NCBI GenBank assembly: GCA_032718475.1 | Contig: JAUCBJ010002109.1 | Coordinates: forward strand, 1 to 58,501 | Direction of reading: 5' to 3' | Origin: Nemertoderma westbladi | Taxonomy: Eukaryota; Animalia; Xenacoelomorpha | Length of the DNA stretch: 58,501 nucleotides | In this document: one piece after another, positions 13,001 through 23,385 of the stretch | How positions within the stretch are numbered: position 1 is the first letter of the stretch | Layout: each line of letters starts with the position of its first letter | Notes under the pieces: generated by a model | The model's database searches: none | What the model was told of the DNA's origin: nothing | The model's input: the letters and a program-made list of their open reading frames with translations, nothing else | Translations under genes and position numbers: made by a program

Positions 13001-13700
13001 GCGCATGTGTTACTTCAGACCTAACAGGTTGACACATTGTTACAGGGGGTGGTGATATACCCCTTTTTGTGTTTACTAATTTATCGCGCTCTAGCGCGAT
13101 ACTTTGCTGCACTTCTTGCAACTCTAGTCTACTTTCCCTTACTGTGCCCTTAAATTGTTGAACAGTCTCCTGCATCTGCCCGAGCAGGAGATCCATCCCC
13201 CGCCGTCTCTCGTCCACCCATTCGACCGCCGAAGCGGGAGTCGCCAACGATGTAGCGGGCGGACGAGGGACAACGGGCGACAAATTATGAATATTTCGCT
13301 CGGGGTCCAGGACCTGAACTGTCTCCTGGGCAGTTCTACGGGGCACAGGTAGCTTAGTGCTATGTAGAGGGAATTTAGAGGTAACTTCAGGGAGCACAGA
13401 TGTGTCTATCACCGAAGGGGTGATTTCAAGAACAGGCCTAATTATTTCAGGCTCATCTACTATAGTAGGGAGTCTTTCTATTTTAATTATTTGGTCTGTG
13501 GGTTCTGTACTGCCTAAGTTGGTGTTATTTAGTTGCCTTCTAACAGCTGGAGGCAAATCAGGCAATTTCTGACGGTGGAATGTTCTTTTACGTCTGCTTA
13601 GGCGAGATCGATTTCCTCCGCCTTCAATGTCGGTGGTATCGCCTTCCTCAGATGATGTATAACCTTGTCGTTTGGGAGTAGATCGATTCATCATCTGCAT
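7032..13700 (-). CDS. gag-pol: BEL/Pao Gag-Pol polyprotein (2222 aa, uninterrupted)
   Basis: Three BEL-type Zn knuckles (CALCDGTHRLNMC, CYNCLRQGHQRRTC, CAKCGAKHHILLH); protease LLDSGS; RT ASDIEGMF...YMDD; RNase H FGDAS / PRAELKAA / WTDA; integrase H-H-C-C, GVDLFGP, SDKGTNF, WERLI. Confidence 0.97.
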   Translation of the reverse strand: MQMMNRSTPKRQGYTSSEEGDTTDIEGGGNRSRLSRRKRTFHRQKLPDLPPAVRRQLNNTNLGSTEPTDQIIKIERLPTIVDEPEIIRPVLEITPSVIDTSVLPEVTSKFPLHSTKLPVPRRTAQETVQVLDPERNIHNLSPVVPRPPATSLATPASAVEWVDERRRGMDLLLGQMQETVQQFKGTVRESRLELQEVQQSIALERDKLVNTKRGISPPPVTMCQPVRSEVTHAQGVEPTRIYTASEVETPIVNPIKGNYRPVDNDIPYRTDHNPRNLYTDNSILNNTMAQESFTRQMARTEARQAVKVGEIVKFNGDEMKWLPFNEYYKDNIQNSVLSNGEKLRFLIECLEGSPKLMALKFIGHPDGLRQVWDTLNIRYGNRNNIAKYLYAKLVAPRKFISSGIIEFSDEIQEVCRQLDWLGKSHEYQSSMVIGAVASTLPKGGVGTRWDKKVLYMMEQQRRDPTMADLMSFLDGEVKLQLLKQSREKTPENKVSEKPVSRRRVTPVCYTDDGESQTSQGEDSGKDTDRSYYVNKMPKDQVSKFKSRTNDRREQVRKTPPTSPKRIQVRKPEEKASVHNVTQNKVSNIKPKCALCDGTHRLNMCDEFLKKSLTERREVMWDKRLCYNCLRQGHQRRTCFSDIRCAKCGAKHHILLHAEFERNTPNQVSDSELHVQFSDVNDTDQSEMEGFYTDEFSDENESCYLINTAVYRALTYEKDTDSDLTLTTSERQPSGKEPSSNVGIREFPVVQVRLHGPKRSYVVNALLDSGSTGTFIDQELAEDIFAGQPKFRTTLNMSGIMQVWKSTITADYYVGALSTPQDELGEHSIRSVKMVAIKNFATTQADLYNWDEDESIQHLNIPRFQTDYPGVQILIGQNAHEALETLEKRPAQPQPLQTYAVRTRVGWYFTGPSRRTLRERLPQERVCQVSEWEDDTSEGDDLTEGTPYSSDNNDIHQLFDEENTIDLLKENEAWQNQVNLCQLLYPSEREAYNDELNDVIERCNAKTRDEHAVRFFTQEAVEPNSYDKALSVEEERAKQIQETTTRFIKDQGRYEVGLPFRKKEPKFINNRPLAEKRIAQLHRRLTANSSAKAMYQTQLEKFINKGYAERVPEETPVTERTYYLTHHYVPKPGKPNEVRVVFDGSALYMGQSLNSELLPGPNLLQSLLGILLRLRQYSIAFASDIEGMFLQVKVLDRDRDSLRFLWWPEGDLNQKSVEYWMTIQAFGIISSPSNACSVVRTTAEDNREAFSKEVIDNIKRDIYMDDNLKSLPSVEEAIEVAKGTVECLKRGGFRLTKFTINSREFLESIPAEDRGAKDLDLIKDDLPETKTLGLKWDTERDILFFQLKQRDNPVRTKRICLSILSTYFDPLGFISPVILIAHSLVQQMWLENHSWDDPLKGELLKKWMKWEDSQPAIEDFIISRSYFGHVLPTYSYQLHVFGDASDMGIGIVAYLRVETPDGIKVALVTSKALINNKLKVPRAELKAALYATAIGRNVTEQIDYPLEKTVYWTDALLVLEYITNEVCQFSVFVTNRVAIILSRTTMDQWRHCPGTINPADIASRGATPKELVNTPEWLGGPDFLYQEEEEWPPHLTTAEIRQAKGAEKVKPKTRASKSKLFKPAVDLSVLFTSGADALDQKPTATTKEVLQIRDKDWKSGIPDIAQGLSPLLQRAIRHYSSWNRLCKAVTYLKRCFHHRYSGTKTNSDDAPSASARVHVVKDLPTYKIPDRFLKEKISHQEHDETNKQMLRLLQCYEDSDKYFLLLRNPQMRLRDRFSSTMIDGLIRVGGRLTNAPLSFDTKFPILIRNLDIQIKMIVDVHSKLYHAGRERVLSEIRTRYYFYKPRRALNQVLRNCIPCRKAFSRPLTQREAELPRERVSFYEPPFTNTGVDLFGPIEVYRARTIVKRWCVIFVCMTCRAIHLDMVNDLSTNSFVLSLRRQIARFGTSNTMRSDKGTNFIGANNEIQAYVKDWNKRQVDDQLKITASSWTFNAADAPWWGGSWERLIRSVKTAFHFIVPCRAYLTDELLWTLMEEIAAYLNERPLMSVSSNPDSLEVLTPAHFQLKKPVAMLPRSEITDGDEYCRRTWQLMQLLSRRFADHFEKHYLPTLQLRTKWFAQRENVSAGDMVLIVDPDLPRKRWQTGRIIETYISSDGLVRSVELVVMRRNFKKPGIVFETQQLNRPVGRLCLLERDRELSGNYGRQETLPTTTSLIQPTSRDSPT

Positions 13701-13712
13701 ATTACTAGCTTT

Positions 13713-15107
13713 TTACTGTTTATTTATGCAGTCTTGATTCTCCTGAATGTTTTCCAATTCTAATTGAGTGGTTTCTTCAGTCGCTCTCCGTTCGGCTTCT
13801 GCCACTGCCTCCGCCACTTTTGCCTCTGCCGCTGCCTCTGCCGCTGCCGCTTTTGCCTCTGCCGCTGCCTCTGCCGCTGCCGTTTTTCTTTCTGCTTCTG
13901 CAGCTGCCACTGCTGCTGCTACTGCCGCTGCCTTTCGGTCTTCTATACGTTTTTTCTTTACTTGTTCTTCTTGGACTCGTGTCAGGCGGAGTTGTTCATC
14001 AAATTTAGCCTGATTCGCAGCCCTCATTTCCACATCGATGGCATCCAACACAAGCTTGGTTCCTTCACTATTAGGGTCAAGTCCCTCTAACCTTCTCCTC
14101 AACTCGTCATCACCTAAAAAACGTTGATAGTCTGACAGATAGATGTCAATGGCATCCCTCTTATGCGGTTTCTCTGCCGTCGCTTCACTTTCCACTTGGG
14201 AAAAAGTAGCGTCCGTTGATTCTCCATGGGTTGAGCGCTCCTCCAACTGAGCTTTCCACTGAGCTGCTCCTTGAACCTGGCGATTCACTCGTTGAAACCA
14301 AGTCTTTACGGCAACTTGCAACGTCGTGTCTTGTCTTCTTTTAGAAGCCTCCTCAAAGGCTGATAAGATTAGCCTGATTCGTATAATTCTTTCTCTAACT
14401 TGATAAAGCAGTTGTCCCTGCTCTTGAGGTCCTTGAGGTTGTTGTAACAGTTGTTTTTCTACTCGCTCCATAGAGCTGAAGAATCCTTGTGCGTATCCGG
14501 CTGCGGACCTCTTCCATACAGCTGGATCGATGGTTTCCTTGGCTACTCCCATCCGGTGTATGTCTTCCCAGGCAGCTTCTGATAAATCAAACGGGAGTCC
14601 GGGTCCGGGGAAGTTCCATTGCGACTCGACAATAGACTTCAGTTCTTCCCTCGTGTATCCCGCATAACTATCTCTAGTTGATCGTTGACTTCTCGACCAA
14701 TCGATCTGGTGTTCTTCCACCGCGATCAATAACCTAGTGAGTACGGCTGCAGGAAGGATGAGAAGGGGATCCGTATAAACCGCATCCGTCATCTCTGCTC
14801 CGCGCTCGGGTGTCAGCTCTACAGTATCCTCACTACTGGAGCTGCTGGGCCGCTGAGTAATAAGTTCTTGACTCGCGGGTTGTTGCTGTTCTGCTGCTGC
14901 TTGGTCCCGCTTGACCTGAGCTCGAGTGCCTATGATAGACCTACGATGTTGGACCAGCCTAGGTTCTTTTATTATTACTGGAGGGATGACCTTCCTCACA
15001 GTGGGAGGTGAACTGAACTTACGACTAGATGGTTCTACACCTCTATCTGAGTCGCAGATAGTTACATCTAATAGACTGTCTGACAAGTTCTGCTTAGTAT
15101 CAGACAT
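13713..15107 (-). CDS. Upstream ORF of the BEL element (464 aa, helical, Ala/Glu-rich C-terminus), in frame with gag-pol
   Basis: Long ATG ORF inside the element; ends TAA-AAA-GCT-AGT-AAT-ATG directly into gag-pol. Confidence 0.75.
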   Translation of the reverse strand: MSDTKQNLSDSLLDVTICDSDRGVEPSSRKFSSPPTVRKVIPPVIIKEPRLVQHRRSIIGTRAQVKRDQAAAEQQQPASQELITQRPSSSSSEDTVELTPERGAEMTDAVYTDPLLILPAAVLTRLLIAVEEHQIDWSRSQRSTRDSYAGYTREELKSIVESQWNFPGPGLPFDLSEAAWEDIHRMGVAKETIDPAVWKRSAAGYAQGFFSSMERVEKQLLQQPQGPQEQGQLLYQVRERIIRIRLILSAFEEASKRRQDTTLQVAVKTWFQRVNRQVQGAAQWKAQLEERSTHGESTDATFSQVESEATAEKPHKRDAIDIYLSDYQRFLGDDELRRRLEGLDPNSEGTKLVLDAIDVEMRAANQAKFDEQLRLTRVQEEQVKKKRIEDRKAAAVAAAVAAAEAERKTAAAEAAAEAKAAAAEAAAEAKVAEAVAEAERRATEETTQLELENIQENQDCINKQ

Positions 15108-16471
15108 GTTTGTGAGTACAGTTGAATGCCTACTGCTATATTACAGTCTAAGCAAGTCTAGTAATTCAGTATTAACTGCTAGCCTAGTAATTAATTACCG
15201 ATATTGCTACTCAATGTAGAGTGATATATATATAATATATTAGAATACCGGTATGCTTATATTATATATAAGTATTATTACAGACTAGGTTTATCTCAGA
15301 ATACCGGTATAATTTTAGCACAAATATATATAAATATATAATAGGCCTATCGGGAATACCGGTATACAGCTTACAGTTTGTAGTATATATAATTCTGGAC
15401 TAGAATTAATTACAAGTACCGGTATAATTTCAGCCTAAATTTATAGAAATAAAGATAATAGGCCTATCGTAAATACCGGTATATCAATTATTTTAAATAA
15501 TTGAATTTCCGAATTTTAGGGTTACTTTGTTACTTTATTACCGTTATTTGAGCAGTAGTCCAACTGATATTGAGACCTAATGGTTATATGGTAGGCCTAC
15601 TATTTATAAATCGTTAGATTTGATTTATAATATATATATACCCGTTTTAATGGGTTTTGTCAATGTTTGAAATAAATGTTATTATTTCTGGGGGGTAATC
15701 ACTGCACAAAGCGGTACGCTTTCAGTGAAGTGTTACTTATAAGACACTAAAACAAATAATGCTAATTTACCTAAGTTACTTAATACTACAAATTACGTAC
15801 GATTCCGATTGAGATTACAATCTCTAAATAAACACAAAAATTTACAAAAAAAACACAAAATACAAATTTTTAGGGTAATTTTACAAGAAGTCTACAAACC
15901 AGCCTAACAAAGGGTTAGAATCTGGTTATTACAACGAACAGGGTTCTACGGTATTTGAAAATAATAAGTAGTAGTAAATACACTGCGTTGTCCAGATAGG
16001 AAAATACCACCGCCTGACGACCTATAGCCGTATCGCTATAGGTTCTACGTTATGTATCACGGAGTGTTCCTACCTAGAAGCTAATAGAGCTAATCGAAGG
16101 TGCCTATCAACCACTTTACAACACAAATATAATGCCTACAATAATTACTTTCGGAAAGCACTGTACACTAAACCCTAAATTAGGTACGAGTACTTGTACA
16201 ACAGATAATCAGTAGTTAAATATACTTGAACAGCTAAAAGAACCACGGCATCTGCTGGAGTAACCGGTGCACAAAATCACCAGTCTTTACCTACGCCAAG
16301 CAGCCCGTGTAGTACCGGGGTTAATTTAACTATAACGGTATGTATAACAAACACAATTACTGTAGGAACAAACTTGGGGAATGAATGTTGCGGATAATCG
16401 CATAAACTCTGAATAATAAATATTACGCTACTCTTACAAACTACTCAAACAAAATGCAGACCAAACACTGA

Positions 16472-16990
16472 CAGACTACTATCAAGCCTAAACAAACTAC
16501 GGTATATGCAGACTCCGAAATATTTAGGTAGTATGCGTTCTAACCCAGTAGTACGACTTATTCTTTAATTGGGGGTTTACCTTACAGCATTCGCTGCCCC
16601 TACTTCCTAACCGTTCTTTATCGGACAAGTGATCTACACACGCTGCAATCCGTTCAGACCCAACAACAGCCAGACAACTATCTAGCCTACAAATTATCTA
16701 AATAAAATTATACGCTACCCGTACAGACTTACACAAACAAAGTACAGACTAAACGATGGCAGACTACTCTCAAGCCTAAATAAACTACAGGACATGCAGA
16801 CTCCGAAATAATTAGGTAGTATGCGTTCTAACCCAGTAGTACGACTTATTCTTTAATTGGGGGTTTACCTTACAGCATTCGCTGCCCCTACTTCCTAACC
16901 GTTCTTTATCGGACAGGTGATCTACACATACTGCAATCCGTTCAGACTTAACAGCAATCAGACAACAGCTCAGCCTACAAATTGTCTGTA
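16472..16990. repeat. ~288-bp-period duplication in the BEL 5' leader
   Basis: Core GCAGACTCCGAAATA...CTGCAATCCGTTCAGAC is nearly identical at about 16508-16658 and 16796-16947. Confidence 0.9.
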
Positions 16991-17355
16991 TAATCTGATC
17001 AGGCTTACACGTCTTCTGTTCAATACTGGCCTACAAACAAATAAAACTTGACAGAAATAAGTAAAATCTCAATAAAAAACCAGGGCTGCAGTCCCTGATT
17101 AATTACTAAGACCTACCGGTATACAACAATCAAATCGAATAATACTAATGTACTTATACGGGAAGTACCGGTTAGGACAGTTAGGCCTACGGACCTACAG
17201 AAGTACCGGTTCTGGCAGTTGGACCTACGGGCCTACAGCAGTACCGGTTCTGGCAGTTGGGCCTACTGACCTACAGAAGTACCGGTTCAAGTTTACCGGT
17301 TGACCGGTACTTTCAACTTTATTGCTTACTGCAATAAAGAAGCTATATCCTTTAA

Positions 17356-18572
17356 TGTTCGCGCTTTCAGACCTTTGGCAGTTTAACCCGCCAAATTAGA
17401 ATGTCTTCTAGATATTAAATCGCTTTTTAGCCTACGACAAGTATTTGATTCACTACACTATTCGAAACCAATCCGTGCGCGATCATTCACCCGCTGGTTA
17501 TACCCGGGAGATTGGGTTCGACGGTTTAATCTTATTGCTATGTAAGCCTAATGTATTATTCGACTGACAGTATTATATAATCTCTGACAATATTATTCAC
17601 CTTCGGGGAATATTAACAGTTCCTTTAGGACGTGGCGCTCTATCTATATAAACAGAGCTATGACTTAAACTACTCACAACGATATGGTTTAGTTATAATT
17701 CACATATATGGCGCATTCTTTAGGAAATGCTTCTTTAACAGACTCACTCATACACAATGCTGCACAATACTGCACACTAATCTGCCGATCTTCACTGATT
17801 TTAGTCACATATAAAAGGAACACAGACTGACTCATGTAGGGTCTATCAAATAACATTCGATTCACTTCAAACCACTTTAACATAAGTCACAATCGTTTAT
17901 CTGTAACCTTTCTCTCTTACCTTCGGTATATCAAGAATATTGGGTTTCGGGGTTATTTATCGTTATTCCAAATATAATAATTCATCAACCATATTATGAA
18001 GAACTGACAGTAAATAGCAGTATAAAACAACAACTGAACACTGATTGTTATGAGTTTGCAATGTTTCAGCAGTTTGTATGTAAGATCAGTTTCGTCAGGA
18101 GTCGTTAGGTATGCAGTCCGTTAAAGGATATATGTCCTTATAATTAAACCTACTAGTGTTGAGCTAAAAAGCAGAAAAGCACAAAACACTATAAAGCCGT
18201 TCTTTCGTGGCTTTGAAATACTCGTGACTACTACTCTATACGAGAATACTAACTACACTTATTCCACGAAGCTCCCGTTCAACACAGAGAAAGAGCAGTG
18301 AGATAGGAAAATTTCAGTTCAGTAGCTCTGTGATAGGTCAAATCAAGGCTAACTCAAATTCTATTGGGAGATACAAAAACAAGGCTATGACGCAACCTTC
18401 CTAGGCTGGTTGGCCGATTAAACAGAGCCCAGATCCCTGCGTACAGCAAATCAGCCAATAAGCTGGTAGCTTGCACTATTTTAACTATAGATCCCTTTTT
18501 GAGTATTCTAGCGACCGGGGGGGAACTGGCCAGCAAAGCAAACGAACCAGTTATCCCACAAAAGCTTTTACA
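17356..18572 (-). repeat. 5' LTR of the BEL/Pao element (1217 bp)
   Basis: Direct repeat of 2750-3967; duplicated small ORFs at 3026/17632 and 3083/17689. Confidence 0.97.
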
Positions 18573-19495
18573 GGTGCCACAAAGCAAACGTTCTACATGG
18601 GCTACCTGTGGTACTGTAGGCTGTTCCAACCATGTTGGAAAAGGAAGTACAAAAGTGTAGACCCTGTTTGAATATTCAAAATAAGAAATATTGTTAGTAT
18701 GTATAATGCAATAAAACACTGATAAATAAAGTAAATTTAAAGTATTGTAGAAATTGCATGAAGCATAAACGCCGGCTTGAAAGAGAAAGTTTATCAGAGA
18801 ACAGTAATGTTTCTCTGAGTGATAAATCAATAAAAATCTTGCCTGATACACCAAAGAGAACTTGCAAATATTGCAGCAAAATTCTTACCCATAAATTTGT
18901 GCGAAAATTCTGCAACAAAGTTTGTATGCAGACACAAACAATGGAAGGTAATAGTTCTGAGAGGGTCGTTGTAGAGGATACTGATAATGTCCCTACCAGC
19001 AGTGCTTAGAAAGGTATTTTTGACCAACAGTCTATTTCTAGTGCCATCACTGAAGTTATGATGGAGTTGTATCCTGATCGCGATCTTTTGCACCTAGAAA
19101 TCCTAATGAAATCAGAGATTATCTCAAAAACATTATGAGAGACAACATGCCATGGTTGCATATGCCTATGTCGGGTGAAGCTGAACTTAAATGTCTTGGT
19201 AAAGAAAACTATTATAATGCAGCCCAGGACAAGATGATGATAGATGGCAATGGCTTAATGATGCTGTTTTCGATTAATTGAAGAACTTTTTCCATATACT
19301 GCGATCATGAATGTGTTGTTTACATTCAAATTACGTCAACAGAGTTTTGATGAACTGAGAGCAGTAAAATATGTAGCCCGGCGGTATCTTACAAGGCCCT
19401 CTCAGACATCTCATACTCTCGGCCCTCCAAATAGTAACATTATTAATTATTAAAGTCAATAAACTATTAATAATTATAATTTATTAAATTAAATA

Positions 19496-19830
19496 AAGGT
19501 ACACTATGCCGCAGTGTGCGAGGATCGTCGGATCTCCTTCACCCCCCTAGTCAGAACCACCGACGGGGTGTGGTGCAAGGAGGCCGATATCCTAATCCAC
19601 CACATCGCGGCGACCCTGGTGGCCTGGCAGCATGGGATGCGTGAGCAAGGCCTCGTCTGTGTGCTGGGCGGAGTGCGGAGGTACCTACTGTTTGCGCTGC
19701 TGCGCTCTAACTCCCTGTGCCTGCGTGGCGGTAGGCAGCCATGGAGGGCGCTCGGGTTTGGGGACGGTGCCGGTCTGCGGGGGTTTGACCTCCAAGACCA
19801 GTACTGAATCCAAGTTTTAGACTAGTGTTT
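19496..19830 (+). mobile_element. 3' fragment of a CRE-type (REL endonuclease) non-LTR retrotransposon
   Basis: VHYAAVCEDRRISFTPLV..TDG.W...FALLRSNSLCLRGGR; close paralog at 44325-44760. Confidence 0.75.
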
Positions 19831-20174
19831 GGTGGAGGGATGTAAAAATCTTACTAAATTAAATTTTGGTGGTGGTGGAAATTTAAATTAATAATAATTT
19901 ATGTTTGAAGAGATAATAATTATTAAATGAAGATAAATTAAATCTTAATTCTCCATTAAATGGAGATGAAATTGAATGTATAACTTATCTAACACGTATT
20001 GCTAAACACTGAACAGCCAAAAGTCTACTACTACTACTAGGATCGGCATGCTGCATTGCAGCTGCATTTTTAAGAATGCTGTGCCGGCTTATCGACAAAA
20101 TCGCACCGCCACAACTCCCTATCACCCATGACATTTGCTAGATCATCCGCATCTTCAAGGCCAGTGTCCTTTAA

Positions 20175-21729
20175 CCCTATTAGTACCGGGCTATAAAATG
20201 TTGTACAAATACCGGGAGGGGGTCATATTGACCCCCCCCCTCTAAAATCTACAAATATTTACGAAAACGTCTGATTTTTTGTTTGTACGTAGGTATCACT
20301 TGTCTGGATCCGACCGAAAAAAAAAATTTTCGAAAAAATGTACTGGGGTGGTTATATTGCAGCACCAAAATTACAAGTAGTGCACAATTTTCACAAAATT
20401 TGAAAGTTACATTTTCGGCTATTTATTTTTCAATACAGGTTTTCTGGGGTGCAAAATACATTTGGAAAATATTTAAAAATGATATGATCACTATAAATGG
20501 TTGTTTAGTCCTCTCTGCGTAGGAAAAAAATGAAAAAATCAAGTAACCAGCACTTTTCAGTTAGAACACAAAATTTTTAATTCACTTATACGATGCTATA
20601 AATTCACATTTTCAGGTTTTCGAGGGCGCTGATTCTAATGGAATACATTTCTAATATGCCTGATCATTGCTACTTGTATTTTTCGGCGTAATTTTCAAAT
20701 TTTGGTGCTAGCACCAAATTTCGTACTCATCACCAAAAAGTACAAGTTTGCGATGTCCAGTGCTGTTTTTATTGATTCCATCGGATTCAGGACCCTCATA
20801 AACCCGTATAACGCAAGAAACAAGGTGATACTATCTACTTATCAATTTGCATATTTTCCAAAATTTGGTGCTGGCACAACAATTTTCACCCACCGGCGAA
20901 AAATACAAGTTTGAGAACTCTTATGAAATTTTTACTGATTTCATTGAATTCAGAACCATCACAAACCCGTATAACACAAGAAACAAGGTGACACAATCAA
21001 TTGATATATTTGATGGTTTTCAAAATTTGGTGCTAGCACCACATTTTGCACCCACATCCGAAAAATACAAGTTTGAGATGTCTAGTTCGATAATTATGTT
21101 TTCCATTGAATTCAGAACAGCCATAAACCTCTTAAAACGCAAGAAATAAATTGTCACAAGCAATTTTGTATATTGAATGGATTTTCAAAATTTCGTGCTG
21201 GCACCAAAATTTGCACACAGCACCGAAAAATACAAGTTTGATACGCTTGGTGCAACTCGTATATATTTCATCGAATCCAGAACCCCAAAAAACCCCAATT
21301 GCGTAAAAAACAAGTTTCAAACAATCAATTTACAAAATTGACTTATTTCAAAATTTGGTGCTGGCACCAAAATTTGGCACCCATCGAAAAAAACAAGTTT
21401 GAAATTTCTAAATCAATTTATTTGAATTCCATCCAATTTCTAACACCAAAAAACCGGCGTAAATCAAAAATAGAGATGTTACAATTCATATTTAATGAAA
21501 TGTAATTTTCAAAAAACGTCTCAAAAAAAAGTGCCAAAAGTAGGGTTAAAAAATGGTGCTATAACTCGAAAAGTACCCAATATTTTTGAAAACGGTTTTC
21601 ACTACCATGAAGACAATAGATTTTTAGGAAAAGTCATAAAATTTCAGATTCCCAACTGCGTTTATTTCAGAATTATAATAAAAAAACCACGGGAGGGGTC
21701 ATATTGACCCCCCCCCGGGTTTAATAGGG
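20175..21729. mobile_element. Non-autonomous piggyBac-like DNA transposon (1555 bp)
   Basis: TTAA TSD (20171-20174, 21730-21733); CCCTATTA...TAATAGGG termini; GGGGTCATATTGACCCC subterminal motifs; internal degenerate repeats; no transposase. Confidence 0.85.
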
Positions 21730-21733
21730 TTAA

Positions 21734-23385
21734 GATGCGTCTCAAGAAAGTCATGGGTTGTCCACCATGCTTATTCACTCCATGAGGCTGCCAAAGTACA
21801 AGATTATGCACTGGCTGGTCCTCACGGCGAAAGCAATGTCCTGCAAAGCGGAGCCGATTTTGTTCTAGTGTCAAGCTTGGGGGAACCAATGAGACACCTC
21901 CAATGTTATATAGTGTCTGGTTGGAGATGTGTGCATTGTACTTGACACAATGTACCCGGCGTAGCATTCTTGTGAATGTGCCATCCAGAGATTTGGTGTC
22001 CTCAGCAGTTAGAGCCCAGCATGGACTCCCGTAGAGGAGTACTGGAACTACTGCTGCTCTAAATAATCGGACCTTAAGTTTCCGATTAATTCTAGGTGAC
22101 TTCCAAATCCTAGAAAGCCTATTCAAGGCTGCCCATGCCTTTCCCTTACGTATTCGAAGGTCCTCACCTGACTTCCGGATCCATGATCCCAGGTAACAGA
22201 AGTCGTCCACATGCTCAAGCATACCATCCTTTGAGCTTATGCTCATCCGATCAGAGACTTGCTGAGGACTTTCAAAGTTAACTGTCAGAATTTTGGTCTT
22301 TCTGGAGTTAATAAAAAGACCAACACTAGAAGCAGCATGTTCTAATGAGCTGAGGAGCCGCTGGGCTCCCTCTAATGATTCTGAGAGTACAGGAGTACAG
22401 TCATCAGCAAAGTCTAGATCAGTTAGGTACTTGGCAGGATTTCCTCGACTTCTGGAGCCAGTAGGTGGAGTTATCATCACCCCATCATCATTATGATGAT
22501 CTAAGGACATGCGTAGAACATAGTCAACCACAATAATGAACAAGAATGGTGCAAGTGTGTCTCCTTGGAGGACGCCCCATAACACTTCAAATGGTTCTGT
22601 GTCACCGTCAACAGTAGACACAAATGTTGTTGAACCATCGTATACTGATCTGATTGCTGCAATAATTTCATCAGGAATCCCATATAATGAAAGTATGCTG
22701 AACATACGTGAGCGAGAGACTGAATCAAAGGCCTTGAAGAAATCAACAAAGATAACAGCCAGATGCCTGTCTTTCTTTTTTGATAACTCTTCAATTATCC
22801 TTCTAAGTGCCAAAATGGGCTCCATGGTCCCACGACCTTTACGGAACCCATTCTGATTTCCACGTAGCAGTCTCTCAATGGGATCCCTGATGCGATTTAA
22901 TAGAATTCTATTGTATAGTTTTGCAGCAATCGAGATCAATGAGATTCCCCGAAAAGAACCATAGAGTGTTAGGTTGCCTTTCTTGGGAACTGGCACCAAC
23001 TTATTTGTTTTCATTTCTTGTGGGACTCTTGTTGTACGGTACATGTCTACTATGATGGGATAGATGAGCTTTAAACACTCAGGTATTTTAAAGACCTCAG
23101 GGGGAACACCATCTACTCCACTGGCACGATTGGTCTTAATGCTCTTTGCAGCAGCATTCACTTCTGCAAAGGAGATATCGCCAATGGGAATATCTGGGAG
23201 TACAGACTCAGACACTTTTACTTCTATAAAGTTATCAGGCAATACCCTGTCATTATTGAGGAGCTTTTCAAAGTGGGCTTTCCAACCATTGAGGCGATCG
23301 GCTGGTGATTCAGCCTTAACCTTGGTGGTTGGTTGGCTTTTCCGCCCAGTAAGCAGATTGATCGATTTCCATGCCTGGGATGATT
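21734..23385 (-). pseudogene. RTE LINE reverse transcriptase (C-terminus continues at 20070-20170)
   Basis: PVPKKG, FRGISL, QNGFRKGRG, FVDFFKAFDSV, GVLQGDTLAPFLF, LDFADD, FCYLGS motifs. Confidence 0.93.

Larger units (their letters stand above)
2750..18572 (-). mobile_element. Full-length BEL/Pao LTR retrotransposon, about 15.8 kb
   Basis: Two direct LTRs with TG...CA ends; 5-bp TSD GGTGC at 2745-2749 and 18573-18577; gag-pol in BEL domain order PR-RT-RH-IN. Confidence 0.97.
20028..23385 (-). mobile_element. 5'-truncated RTE-clade LINE, interrupted by a piggyBac-like element
   Basis: 12-bp TSD GCCAAAAGTCTA at 20016-20027 and 23386-23397; (TAG)n 3' tail; RT ORF resumes across the TTAA insertion (FLRRIL|KDTGLEDADDLANVMGDRELW...HS*). 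Confidence 0.92.

Noticed and set aside
7813-15219. Plus-strand ORFs (e.g. 9607-10212, 11904-12290, 13764-14090)
   Set aside because: Antisense shadows of the BEL ORFs with no recognisable motifs.
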